A program made the translations under genes and the position numbers. DNA of 60,019 bases, counting the filler, from Basidiobolus ranarum (lineage: Eukaryota), in NCBI GenBank assembly GCA_040143965.1. It is 9 parts of 9 records of this genome, joined end to end, with 100 filler letters (N's around TTAATTAATTAA, not from the genome) between each part and the next. Parts side by side here need not be neighbours in the genome. Positions count along the whole stretch, not along the records: positions 33,455 to 40,031 come from JASJQH010008169.1; positions 40,132 to 46,703 come from JASJQH010008170.1; positions 46,804 to 53,369 come from JASJQH010008171.1; 6 more parts are not named here. One strand, written 5' to 3'. Shown in pieces: positions 39,667 to 52,849 of this stretch. The stretch's first letter is position 1, and each line of letters begins with the position of its first letter. Under the pieces are notes generated by a model. It saw only the letters and a list, made by a program, of their open reading frames with translations. It was not told where the DNA came from and did not search any database.

Positions 39667-40031
39667 GTCTGCTAAATAAATTCCATGCGTAGCTTATGTA
39701 TGTTTTTAGTCATTTTATTCTTTTTCCCATAAAACTGAATTTACAAATTTGTAAAGAAGGCCAAAGCTAGATTATGTATGAGCGAACAGCCTGTATAGTT
39801 CTTTTGAACTGAAGCTAGTCTACACTTTAATAAAATCACCGAAATCTAATATTGAATCATATTGAGAATGAAGTTAGTATCTGGAGCCTATGGGAGTTGA
39901 TTTTCTCACAATATTCACACGATGTGATGATTGGAATGGAATTTTTTTGGAATTTTCCAGAACCCAATACTCATGCTGGACAGTATTCCAAGTTTTACCT
40001 GATACCTTCAAGCCTTAGAGGACGATTTCGA

Positions 40032-40131
40032 NNNNNNNNNNNNNNNNNNNNNNNNNNNNNNNNNNNNNNNNNNNNTTAATTAATTAANNNNNNNNNNNNN
40101 NNNNNNNNNNNNNNNNNNNNNNNNNNNNNNN
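40032..40131. other. Artificial contig-join spacer
   Basis: N44-TTAATTAATTAA-N44. Confidence 0.99.
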
Positions 40132-41078
40132 AAGAGCAAGTATAGTAGTGCTTCTCACTCGATTTTCATGAGTGACTTAGTTGGCTAGTATTTTAGAATA
40201 CTTTATTCCCTTTGAAATTGGCTTTGAATCCTCCGGAAGAGAATATCACACATCAAACTATTCTGGACAACAGATCCATTGACTAGCCTTAGCAGTGACT
40301 CTAGATCTGTAGCTGTAAAGAACGCATCATACATATGATATCACCAAGTGACCTAACACAGCAGAGTTGGCTCCCCTTATCGCAGGCAATCCACTAAATG
40401 GACGATAAATATGTCATCTAGAAAGGGTTCCAAAGTCAACACTAGCGTCTATTTGGTAATTGTAACTTAATGATCACTTGTACGTCCACGGTGGCAGTTT
40501 GAACAGGGTCTGATATTCCATAATTATTGAGAACAAGCGCTTGCCAGATAACAGGTAGATATTTAAGAAATTCAGGTTAAGCTATCCACTCTTAGGTAAC
40601 CATGGAATGTTCTGATAAGTCATTAAACATGGTGGTTCTCTAATGGGTTTGATCGAATTTGTATTGATTGGGGTATTGAGATCATAGGATCAGCATATTG
40701 GCTGGCTCAACGCTCAGCTAGACACACTCATCGATTGATATAATGGTTACGAATACACTTTTATCTACTTCATGGAATTTTGGGATTTACCATATTTGTC
40801 TCACTGAGGACTCGGTCTTGCAGAATATCTTTGATCTGTAGAGATGTGATTCGTCGTAGTGATTGACTCTTTATTCCTTTTTCTACTACTCGACTCTTCG
40901 TTGGGGACGGCTTGAGTTGAGGTTACCAATCCTCGACAGTTTATATTCCAACCAATGGACATGTACTATCTCTCACCAGTATTAGTATATAAAGCAAATG
41001 TCCCTTCCCTCTAACTAGTATCGAGATTATACAAATCGGAAGCATATTCATACTCTACATACAAGCCAATTCGTCACA

Positions 41079-42085
41079 ATGCCTGCCCCCATTGATTACT
41101 CTACTCAAGTTTCTCAGAGCATTCACAAGACTCATAAAAATGACCAATTGGATTCGAAGTTGACCACTTTCGAGTAAGTGTTATATATATGAAAACTCCA
41201 TTATGAAGTCAGATCCTAACAATATAATAGCTTCGATTTCCACTTCCCCGACACCTATGAGGCCCCAACCTCCGCTGAGGAAGATTTTCTTCAACCCAGA
41301 GATCTTGAGGGATCATTTTGCCGTGACTTCTCATGCTGCGGGTTAGTTCTCGACGATCTACATGATCTTCTTCAGCATTTTGAGGAGTGCCACGTTCGAT
41401 TTGAGAATGAGGACCTCACCCATAACCTACTCTGCAACGAGAACTGGTCTGGATCTAGTGACTCAGGAGTCACTGCTCCCTCATCACCTGTTGCTGACTC
41501 TCCTCTCCAACATGACATTGTATCATTATCTGACATTTACTCGGAAGATTTCTCATTGGAAAATCACTCCTTCACTTCCGCTTTTGATGATTCTATCCTC
41601 AGAGAAAGGCAAAAAAAGCGCCTGGGTTCGGAATCTTTTGCCATTCAAGCCAGAAGGGTCACACCATTTGAATTCGATCTTGCCACTACACTTACCCAGA
41701 CATATTCCGAAGAAGAGTTATTCACAGGAATACCATCCGTTTATTCTCCAGATTTTGTCACAGGAGTCGATGACCTCCTCCAAGCCAATAACTCCGGAGT
41801 CATCCAGCTTGAACAGCCGATGTCTGAGAAGCCAGCAGTTGAAAAGCCATACAAATGCCCAGTTCCTGGATGTGAAAAATCCTACAAGAATGCCAACGGA
41901 CTCAAATATCATAAGCTTCATGGCCATTGCTCAAATTCTGATGGTACCAAACCAACCATCAAACATACAAGTGTTCTTACCCAGATTGTGGAAAGAGTTA
42001 CAAGAACTTGAATGGACTCAAGTACCACATTGAACACACACACGTTCTCACTCTGGATCAAACTGCCACTTCAGTCGCAATTTAA
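41079..42085 (+). CDS. SFP1: Sfp1-type split C2H2 zinc-finger transcription factor with apparent 1-nt frameshift at ~41964
   Basis: FCRDFSCCGLVLDDLHDLLQHFEECH; KPYKCPVPGCEKSYKNANGLKYHKLHGH; second finger YKCSYPDCGKSYKNLNGLKYH lies in another frame; intron 41174-41230. Confidence 0.88.
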
Positions 42086-44935
42086 ATAGCTGTAGTCAGT
42101 TACCGGGCGATGCATCGTGCGGTTGATCCGTAGACAGAAATACTATTCATTCCTTATGTATTATCATCCTCCAACAATTCAATATTACTTATATATATAT
42201 CCTCAATGAAAGGATTTTTGTCCACCCTAGTAATAGATTAGTGCCTCAAGTCATAGTTTTCCCTTACTAGATAACCGACTATGTACATACCTTATGCTAC
42301 GCAAATTCGTAGCACTCCATTAAATTATGGTCAAGTTCAAGAAAACAATGATTTTAAAACACAATCATCACTACTTCAAAATGTTCTTCGGTCAATCAAC
42401 TGTCACTGCCACGACTACAAATGTGTGGGTGACGATCCACGCCTGAAGCTACCATGATACGTTATGCTGTGACGATATCAAAGATTACGCGTCAAGTGGC
42501 CAGTGCCGCAGCTCCATGCAATCAGCATACATCTGATGCTTAGTAATATATTAATAATTACTAATCGTCCTATGGAAGGTACGCTTCTTACCTGCGAATT
42601 CTCGTGAGCATGTCAGAGATTGTGCTTATATAATATCTATTTGGAAATATAGGACCATTCTATTGATCTACATTAGCCTACTAACAATGGTCACCATATA
42701 TAAGAACCATCAAAACAAGTGCACAGTGTATATGGAGCCAATCTCTCGCGCTATCAAGCAGAAATAACCTTAATCAATTGATCGTTCCTATCTCATTAAA
42801 CTTTGGAATATACATTCTTTGTCATCACACGCGACAGCAATGGTTATTTCCCAATACATAGGATGTGTCGAGACCCTTTTAGTATCACATTTGATCTTGA
42901 ATGGTTATATACTTAATTAGGATCTACGCGCCCTATATAACTGCGTCTGATCATTGGTAACCAATAACCGTATTTAGCCAGATATCGAATTTAATTATAG
43001 AAGGATGGAGTTGTGGAAGATTTGTAGAACAGTTGTGTTTAGAAATCAATTGGATTTGGAAGCTCACATTCAACACTAGTCCATTATACACCCATCAGAG
43101 GTTCAAGTAATAAATGTTGGACGAAATCAAAACCAACTAGTATCCTCATCTTCGTGCAGTGACCATTTGTTGTCATGCATCCAATATAAATTATCTAGAT
43201 CTTTCTTCTGACACAGATAGCCTTCCATTAGCCCAATCGCCACCGGGAGATGCTGGGATCCAGCATCTCACTTGTGGTAACCCGCTTACATCCTCGACCC
43301 TATTTAATGAATGTAACGAAGTGCTCTAATCTACTGTGTGAGCCACAGAATAACGTTCTCTAGCTCAACCTTCATCTTGTTTCCACAGAGGTAGAAGGGT
43401 GACGAATTCTAGAAGCGTCCTCACGTAACTGGTAATGGCAACCAATAACCAATATCAAAAACTTAAAAGCCTATCTAACTCCATATAAACTACCTACATG
43501 CTTAGTAAGTCCAAGAGTTTCTTCGAAATTGACCAGATTTGATTGTTGACAAAGAATCCACCTATTACTTTCACTCAAGTATGCATAATCATGGTCTTAG
43601 ACTTGGGAATAGTAAATCTGTCATTGAGGTATAAAGAAACGTCCGGAATGTACCAGTGATTGAATAAGTATCCCATATTTGCAAATCTATCCTACATATG
43701 CTTAATTTGGACGTATATCTATACTCAATCGAAGATTCCACTGGGAACATATGGGGCACGCGGCTTTGTGTGTTGCTTTCTCATTTTGGTTCTCGTTCAA
43801 AATTGGCCTATGTATGTTATTGACTATTCCGGTAAGTATTTCAAAACAATCAGAACTTGGTGCGAGCGAGGAGTAGACTACCGTACGCTTGAGGGTTATC
43901 AAGGGTTAAAAATAGGATATTTGCCAACGCCACAAAGCAGATGTTTCAGGTTTAATAGTGGGTGATATGTATGTACTTTAGAAGCTGATGAATATAATAA
44001 AGTAATGAAGACAGTAGTCTACATATGGGCTTACTTTTCATACAAAAATGGTATTACAATTGATCTATCTCGGACCTTACTGATTATCATGGAGTTTATC
44101 ACTACAATAAAGGACTGCATGAAACACGAACTATTGTATTCGAACCTGAAATTAGGAGGTGATATTAGCTGCCGTCCACCCTTTGATCCTCTTAGCATCA
44201 TTGGTACGAACAGCTCAGCGAAGCAGGCAATGCAGATGCTCTGGGCTAGTACATATCAAATTATAATATAGGAAGGCAGTATTTTCCCATTTGATAGACT
44301 GGAGCTGTACGGTTGTATCCGTGTGATGCTCGTGTTCTAGTGGTAATTCCGTCAGTGTTGTGGGGATTTCTACACCTTGAACGCCTCAACTCATACAGTG
44401 AAAAGGTTGTTAATCAATCCTAGCCATGAAACCTTCGTAGTTTTGGTTCACGGCATCTGGTCAATATTCCAGTTCTAAACTGTTTCCACGGGCAATTAAG
44501 TGTTGGAGATATGTCCAAACGATTTAATATATTAATTACAAGTTGTTCCTCCATGATATATCCCACGCTCACCTACAATATCATGCAACTACTGCTGAAA
44601 TTCATAGATGTACGATGGGAAAACTGAGAATATTGAGTTTTCTGGATTCAATTTATTTCATTCTAAACATTGGTATTATTTGCGACCACTGCTACATTGA
44701 GGCCTACTAGCTTTGTTGCTAACTACCCGTATGTGACATAATATATCGGATATAAGTTGTGCATTCATTGCTGAGAAGATATAGTAAGGGATTAGTGAAC
44801 CTATGCAGACACTAATCTACAATCCCAAACTATCATAAATCCGTTGAGGTAAACCTCTGAAATATAATATCAAAACTGGTGATATCAGCTCAAAGTATTT
44901 TGATACAAATAGGAGAGCAAGAAACGAGCAATTGG

Positions 44936-45158
44936 TGTTGAAGTTAGCATAGCCTAAACATCTATATAGTCATATGAAGCGTAGTATTTGTTGAAATATT
45001 TGGGAGCCTGTTGGAAGTGGTTTGGAGAAAATAGATAAGTTGGTGGTTTTCACTTATTGATTTATTGAGTTGAAAGTTGATATTTATAGTTTTATCAAGA
45101 TTTAAACAAATTGACATGTAAAATGTGCTAAGGAAGGTTCCAGAAACATGTGTGCAAA
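44936..45158. repeat. Two LTR family B fragments in opposite orientations
   Basis: 44936-44978 TGTTGAAGTTAGCATAGCC is the LTR-B start on +; 44989-45158 matches 26798-26966 (LTR-B end on -). Confidence 0.75.
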
Positions 45159-45169
45159 CCTAGTAGAGG

Positions 45170-45600
45170 TTTATGTGTAAACATAAGTTATTCCAATCCA
45201 GAAACTATTCAATTATGGCATAAGAGATTTGGCCATATTGGATTTGCTTATGGGAGCAAAATGATCAAAAATTGCCTAATTTCTGGGATTCAAATTAACC
45301 CTCCAGTCAAAGTGGATATTTGTGAGGGTCCTATATATGGAAAACAAGTCAGGCAACCATTCCAGAGCTCTGGTTTAACCAAATCAGTCAAAAAATTGGA
45401 ACTAATTCATTCAGATTTTTATGAATCTATGCAAAATTTATCTCTTGGTAGTAAAAGATATTTAATCACATTTATTGATGGAAAACATATTTAATCATAT
45501 TCATTGATGATTACATAAGATAAACTTGGGCCCACTTTATGCAAAAGCAAGCAGAATCTATCCCTATCTTTAGAGGGTTTAAAGCTTTTGTGGAGACTAG
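45170..45600 (+). mobile_element. Ty1/copia GAG-pre-integrase and integrase N-terminus relic
   Basis: LWHKRFGHIG, CEG..YGKQVRQPF, LELIHSD, RYLITFID. Confidence 0.88.
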
Positions 45601-46703
45601 CACTAACAGAAATTTGAGGATGGATATTATAAGAAAATCATCAAAATTTTAATCCATTTTAGATTGACCATTACCTTATCATTATAAAATTGTCAAGTTA
45701 GATTTGAATCTAATCTATTTTTCAATTTCAGGACTTAAATTCAAAGATCTTACAAAACAGTTGCACATGATTGCCTACAATATCAGAAAGCTCTAGATCA
45801 ACATATGTGTGAAAACTATAACCCAAATTTATATATTTGCCACTTGAATGCTACATTATCACCTTCAAAATCTCTAGTTTCTCTGATGTGTTCTCCAAAA
45901 TATTGTTATAGAGTATTTCATATCCAAGATTTTGCTCATATCCAACACAAGTTTGTATTGTATCTACATCAAAGCCCACCATTGTATTGACATTGCTGAA
46001 TCAATATTCTTCCACCTATCTGGCAGATACTCTACAATATCATGCCACTCTATATTAAGTTCTTTCCAGATATCTCCATGGTCAATGTCTGACTGAGTGT
46101 CAAGTGGAATATTCTTCTTGTGAAGCTACTGGCTGCATACTTGCACTGCATTTTTTCCTACAGGCTTTTGAAATATTCTTCAAGCACTTTTACTAATCTT
46201 TTGTATCCTTTTACAATGACACTACTGCATGTGCTTTATGGTGTTTGGGTAGGTTTTTGCTTGCCCCTAACAGAAATTTGAGGATTGTTATCATAGGAAA
46301 ACCATCACAATTTTAATCCATTTGGGATTGACTGTTTACTTACCATCATAAAATCATCAAGTTATATTTGATTTTAATCAATTTTTTCAGTTTCAAGAGT
46401 GAAATTTCATGATCTTGTAAAATAGTTGCACATGATTGGCTACAATCTCAGAGAAATAGGGATCAACACTTGTGCAAAAAACATAATGCAAATTTTACAC
46501 AATTACCACTTGAATGATAATTTGTCACCTTTGAAATCCCTAGTCTCTTTGATCCCTAACAGAAATTTGAGGATTATTATTGTAGGAAAACTGTCACAAT
46601 TTTAATCCATTTGGGATTGACCATTTACTTACCATCATAAAATTGTCAAGTTAGATTTGATTTTAATCAATTTTTTCAGTTTCAGGAGTGAAATTTCAAG
46701 ATC
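45601..46703 (+). mobile_element. Three nested ends of one CACTA/CMC-type DNA transposon (starts 45601, 46265, 46554)
   Basis: Each begins CACTA/CCCTA-ACAGAAATTTGAGGAT with up to ~290 bp of shared subterminal sequence; a fourth copy at 53262 abuts a CACTA transposase relic. Confidence 0.78.
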
Positions 46704-46803
46704 NNNNNNNNNNNNNNNNNNNNNNNNNNNNNNNNNNNNNNNNNNNNTTAATTAATTAANNNNNNNNNNNNNNNNNNNNNNNNNNNNNNNNNNNNNNNNN
46801 NNN
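46704..46803. other. Artificial contig-join spacer
   Basis: N44-TTAATTAATTAA-N44. Confidence 0.99.
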
Positions 46804-46960
46804 GAGAGGCAAAAGCTTTACAATGACATTTTTTCCCATTTTAGAGCAAGAGTAGAACATAGCTTTGGTTTCCTAAAGAGATATAGCATTGTAGCAGGAA
46901 AGTATAGAGGAAAAACACTTTGTGGACCTCAATCAAAGTTAGGCAAAGTAGTCAAAATCT
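46804..46960 (+). mobile_element. C-terminal fragment of a PIF/Harbinger-like (DDE_Tnp_4) transposase
   Basis: ERQKLYNDIFSHFRARVEHSFGFLKRYSIV matches the N..S..R..VE..FG.LK motif carrying the catalytic E. Confidence 0.7.
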
Positions 46961-47149
46961 TGTTTCATTATTAATACATTCATACTCAAAGATATCCATT
47001 GAGAGCTCTAGACTCAAGACACTATGAATAAAGTTTTCATCATCTTTTGAATGTGCAATAATGTCTAAAAGTAGTTTTCTAAAAGATGCCGCATAAGTAA
47101 AATAAACTGCTTCCAAAATGATACCTAACATTGTGCCCAATCATGCCAA

Positions 47150-48292
47150 TTTGTGCTGGCACACTTTTTAGCTGGCCTGATCTGGCTCAATAAAAGGGAA
47201 CAAGTCTATAGTCATCACCTAAGTAGACTTTCCTTGGTTGGATGGGTTTTAAGCTGGAAAACTAATCTTTTGTGTTTGACATATGTTGAGAAGCTCCTGA
47301 ATTAATGTACCCCAATTCTGAGCCTTCTCCTAGACTTTCATTGTTTCCACAGGTTTTAAGCTGGAAAACCAACCTTTCTTGTTTGACATCTGCTGGGATG
47401 CCCCTGAGTCTATACAACACATATCTGAGTCTTCCTTAGTGGTTACTCATAGTGCAGGCACCTATAGATAATTTTATCAGTGCTTACTTGAATTGTTTGT
47501 TCCAATTTTAGCTTTTTGGCAAACATACTTTTTCTGTAATTGTTGATCAAATTGCCTGATCTCTTGTGTTGGTTGCTGATAGACCAGACACAAACAGATG
47601 ATCCCTGTCAGTGCTTGCAGGATTTGCTTGTTCCAATTTTAGTGCTTTGACAAAAATCCTTATTCTGCAATCTTTGGTTAAATGGCCTCATTTCTTGTAA
47701 TATTTGCAGATGCTTGATTTCCTTTCAGGGGCACAATTATTGAAGCCTGTTGGATGTTTTACAGCTTCAAAAATGCCTGTTCTGCATAATTTTGCTGTGA
47801 ATTGGATCTTCATAATTCCTCATTCAAAAGCCTAGCACCAACATATTTCATTGTTAATGGCTCTGAACTTAATTCTAGCACAATTATGAGGTTCCTAAAC
47901 TTCTCTGGCAGGCTCCTAAGTAGTGTCATGACTAAGTCATCTACATTTGGAGGTGCTCCAAATGATAAGAGCTGATCTGCCATAGTTTTTACCTAATTTA
48001 TATGATCAAGCACAAAATCATTGGAATTCTTCTGCATTGAGAGTAAATTTCACCTGAGATATAGCCTGTAGCCAAACATTTAGTCCCCTATAGTCCCCCA
48101 AGTGTTTCCCAAGCATTTTGGACCTTTTTATGTGCCTCAATTGAGAGTCTCTGAAATGTAGACAAAGTATTGAGAATGCATCTTGAAAATCCAAAGGGGA
48201 AAGCATTCACTTCAAACTTCTCTGTGGATGCAAAGACATTGGTTTTAGTACTGGTAGACATTCTTTTAACCATTAGCTTTGGGCTCATAACC
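47150..48292 (-). mobile_element. Ty1/copia PBS-gag-protease relic with internal tandem duplications
   Basis: PBS GGTTATGAGCCC (48281-48292); MSTSTKTNVFASTEKF gag start; TLLRSLPE; zinc-knuckle remnants; IDSGASQQMS..GWFSSLKP protease. Confidence 0.85.
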
Positions 48293-48576
48293 TGAGAGAA
48301 GTGCCTAGAGGACTTGGAAGTGTTTTGGACAAGATTTGGATTTGTGAATTAGACACTTAGGTTTTGTTGAATTGATTATATCCTATTTATAGTTCACTAT
48401 GAAATCGGACCATTAGACATGCTTGAATCATAACAAACATGCCTGTTGAGCATTGGTATTTCTATGAATTAGTGCAATAAACACACATTTTTAAATGGCT
48501 GAATTGAGTGCTAAATAATCACAATATGAATAAACTAACTACAAAATAATGAGTTGCTGTTTACCTCATTTCAACA
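48293..48576 (-). repeat. 5' LTR family A (internally deleted)
   Basis: TGTTGAAATG...CA immediately followed by the PBS. Confidence 0.88.
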
Positions 48577-48579
48577 ATT

Positions 48580-51290
48580 GGCAGAACTCAGGCAGATGTA
48601 GCAACTGTTCAAAGATTTTTTAACTTGATATGACAAACTTTATTACAGGTTTAAGAAATATAGACTGAATCTATGCAGGCATTCATTACATCCCATGGAA
48701 TCTCGAAAAGATTTTTGTCTGACTAGGATTTGCAACATTGGGAGTTGTTTGTAGATATTGCTAGCATAATCTCACAGCATTAAGTCACATTGTTGGATCT
48801 CAGGCCAAAAAAGTGACTGTGCAAAGAGTTTTTAATTGGGTATGAGAAAACTTTCTCACAGGTTTGAAGTAGACAGACTAAATCTATGCCTGTATTGATT
48901 ATATTCCATTCTGCATCTTGCAAAATACCTGAAGATAGTGGCCCTTACTCTACATTTAGGGAGTTCCTGGTGGCACATACCTGTGTTATTTGAGCATAAT
49001 AACTGGAACACATCCCAATTCATGGACACAGAGTCAGTACCTCTACAAGTTGGACTATTTGGTTCTTGTGATAATCTGATGACATTTCTAGGAAAGCCGC
49101 AAGACAGACTTCTTGGTGACATAAATCAAAATATGCAACATTAATATTTTAGCCATGTGGCAATATATTCAATTTGTGATATTTCTACTTGTGATATCAC
49201 TTTTTTGATTGCAATATGGTGAAATTTTGGCTGAAACATTTCACAAAATTTGCTACAATTTGAGAGCTTATTCTCATTGTCACCAGTTACACAATTCAGC
49301 TATATGCAAAGTGTGAGTGCTATTCTAAATTTGCAGAATTCTATCCATTGTTAGCCTGCTGGCAAAGCATATTGCTGTTGTTGAGTAATGTCTGATCTGT
49401 CAAGTGTGTGCATATGTAGGGACTAAACTCCACAAGATTCTTGTATTGAATAATGTATGCCAAATATTGAGGATCAGTATTTCAGCATGTGGGATTACCA
49501 TCACAATACCATTAAGAAGCTGGCATAGTACCATCAACATATGGGACAGAATACCAGCCATTTATATTGTGATGGTCCTCTGATAGTTGTGTGCTCAAGA
49601 AGGGTGGATCCAATCCAGATCAAATCCATTTTGTTTTTGTTAGGGGCCATTTCAAGGAAGTTAAGACTACTGTGAAGACAAACCATCTGAGTTTGTCAGC
49701 ACCCAAAAGTGTTGTCAAGAACAATGACATGATGGGGAAAATACCTGCTACAGTTTGATTTGGATATCTCACATTGATCTTGAAAAGGCAAGATAGTAGC
49801 AGATGCTTTGTCTTCAGCTCACCAGCCCAAGAAAAGTATTGTCTTGGAAGAATCAAATTTGTTGATCTAGCCCCACAGAATTTGTTTCTTTGAATGAAAC
49901 CCTCTACTGTATTTCCTGACAAAAATAAAATCAATTGCATATGTTTGAGATCCACCTTTATGAAGCAAAAAGCTGTTAGAGGATCATCACAATATTGATA
50001 GCTTGCATTCTGCCAGAGATTGTGATGGGAAAACAGCAGCGTCTTAACAGTATTATGATGGTGATCATACATGGTTATTTTATTGATTCTCTAATTTGGC
50101 ATGCATTGTTTGATATCTATCAATTATTGGAAAAAACAAATTTTGAATGGTAAATTAGTGGGTATACTACTATAGGAATTGGAATATATTCTCATGTCTT
50201 TATTAAGATATTTAGGCTTTATTTTCCAGCCATAATGAAAGCAAAAAATACAAGAATCATGTTGTGTTCAGTCTCTACATAAGCACATACTTGACTGATC
50301 AGACATAACTCAACAACATCAATATACTTTACCAGCAAACTAATGGTGGAGAGCTTTTTGAAATTCAGAATAGCACTCACAGTTTGCAAATAGCTGACTA
50401 TTGTCACTGGTGTTATTGAGAATAAGCTCTTTGATTTTGCTAAATTTGATTGCAAGATTCAGCCAAAATATCACCAACTTGCAATCAACTAATGTCCTGC
50501 CACAAATAGATAATGACTACTTGAATAGCTTGTCACATGGCTAAGATATTATTGCTGTGCATCTTGCTACATCTCATGAAGATGGCTGTCTTTTAGCTTT
50601 TCTGGTAATGTCATAGGATTATCACAAGAACAAAATGGGCATTGCTTGAATGGATAACTCCATGGCTAAGACAATAACACTGCATATCTTGATCTATCTC
50701 ACCAAGAAGTCTTTCTTGCAGCTTTCCTAGAAATACTGTAAGAATCTCACACAAATAAATTAGTCCAAATTGTAGTGGAACTTACTCTGTGCTCATGAAT
50801 TGGGTTTTGCAGCTGTTATTGTGCCCACACAATGGAAGTACCTGTGAGCTCAATGAAAAGTGCCCTGTGTTTGAAGGTTAATATAGGCTGGAGACTCTGT
50901 AACCCATTGCACTACATCCATCACTGATTTTGCTGATATTCTATAAATCAAATTAGCATAAACTTATACCATCAATTTCACACAGAGCATTCTTTCACCA
51001 CAGGGGTATTTCATAGGGAACTACCCAAATATATGGCAAAGACCTATAACCACTAAGCATTGTGAAAGAGGCAGCAGGGTATAAGTTGAGTACTGGCACA
51101 GATTCAGTCTTTATTTTTTAACCAGTAATAAAGTGTTTCAGGACTAATTACAAATTCTTTGCACAGTTGCTATATCTGCCTGGGATCAGCCAAGGTGAGT
51201 AGATGCTGCAAGAATATATTAACAATATCCACATACAACTCCTAATGTTGCCAATACTTGTCCAGCAAAAATCTTTTCAAGATTCCACTT
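48580..51290. repeat. Long imperfect inverted repeat of an unclassified CpG-depleted sequence
   Basis: 48700-48780 is reverse-complementary to 51203-51290; 49265-49448 to 50247-50430; 49490-49645 to 49915-50075; TGAAGACAAA(C/G)CATCTG in both arms near the centre. Confidence 0.8.
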
Positions 51291-51793
51291 GAATAAATAC
51301 AAATCCAATACTTCCAGTTTTTGCCTCTAGATAAATGTCTAGATGAGTGGATAATGATGTGCTTCCTGGTAAAATATGTTGATATATTGATGCTTTCAAG
51401 CCATTCCCAATTGCTTCTAACTTTGATCCTATCATTTATTGCTCATTCAGATTGAATTTCTCACTATACAGCTGTGTAAGTAGTATTGGAGTGTTGCTGA
51501 ATAGTAAGTGCGTCATGCCTAATGGCAAGTTCATGCTCCAGCTGATACCCTTTGACAAAATATTCTTATACATATAGTTAATCTCAAGTCTGATGTTAAA
51601 CTAGCTATTTGATGAATTGATATCAATGGGCCTGTCAAAATCTGACTAGTGTAGTAGGGTGGTACTGCTACATACTGGCAGGGTGACTTCTTTCTATTCC
51701 TTGCTCATGACATTACTATTCCACAATTTCTATTTTCTCATCCCTATTTTCTAGCATTTCATATCACACTATTAGTATGATCCACAAGTATCT

Positions 51794-52600
51794 GAGATTT
51801 ATCAGTATCAACCCACATTAGCCTTATCATTCTCTGGAAACTTCTACAATCTTCTGGAACATTCCTCAAGATTCTTGTAATATCTGATGCTGGTTTGAGA
51901 TTTGACTAATCAAAATATGATTTGCCAGAATATTTCAAGACTTTCTGGATTACTCTCCAACCTGCTGCTATATTCTATTGATTACTAATCTTATGATATA
52001 TAAAGATATCCTATACCCAGATCCCTACCAATGGGATTCTCTGGAAGTTTCTGCAAACTCTCATTAGTAATCTTTTCTTCCTTCAGAACAGTGCCAATAG
52101 GAGCCATATCTCTTCAACAAACATCATCATGCTGTTCAACAATTACTACATGTGATCATCCCTTATTTTGATCACTGCTTAGAAGACCTTTGACAAGCAA
52201 ACTCAAGAGAGACTACTGGAGACTGTTATCAGCTGCTGTGTGACTAGAAAGAACTTGACTGGCTGAAAGGGAGTACTGACTGGTAGGTGTATTTTCCTGA
52301 TACTTTATATATCTTTCCCTAGTTTTGTCTGCACAGGCAAGGAAGCTTTGAGATCTGTGGATAAATCATTACTAGTTCATCCTGCTTCAAGACCTTGCTG
52401 GCCAAGTTTACTGTTGTTTTTGATTAGATATATTGTTTTTATCTAATCATAGACAAAAGATATTGAAGCCAGTTTAATCTTTTGCTAGGCACCAGCATAG
52501 TATTCAGCAGAAAGCTGGGCATTGCATTGTAGTTCATCAGTCCTTAAACCTTTCTGGAAGTTTGATTTCTTGTCACAAAGACTCAAGATGCAAGAAACAA
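51794..52600. repeat. Repeat family C, second copy
   Basis: Colinear with 20236-21045. Confidence 0.8.
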
Positions 52601-52849
52601 ACCCATAGTACAGCACATCCCAGAGCTGTTCAACTGTTGTTATTGCATACTTTGGGCACCTCCCAAAACCCCTAAGATATTACAGTTAAAGTTGATGCCT
52701 ACACTCTAATACAACTAAACCAGGCTCTTGAGAGTAAAATCATAAAATTTAGTGTAGTAATTGGATGGAAGTAGTGCATATACCTGGTAGAGTAACCAAC
52801 ATTTATTTGACAGAATCTATAGCATGAAAATGCATTGTATCGACAAAAA

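Noticed and set aside
41362..42033. 223-aa ORF overlapping SFP1
   Set aside because: Shadow frame of the SFP1 exon with no independent motif.
43240..43278. Hairpin GAGATGCTGG-GAT-CCAGCATCTC
   Set aside because: Single 10-bp stem with no second copy or context in the window.
45601..46703. CCCTAA-starting repeats as telomeric or CRISPR units
   Set aside because: Only one CCCTAA per unit, followed by long conserved subterminal sequence; fits CACTA/CMC termini.
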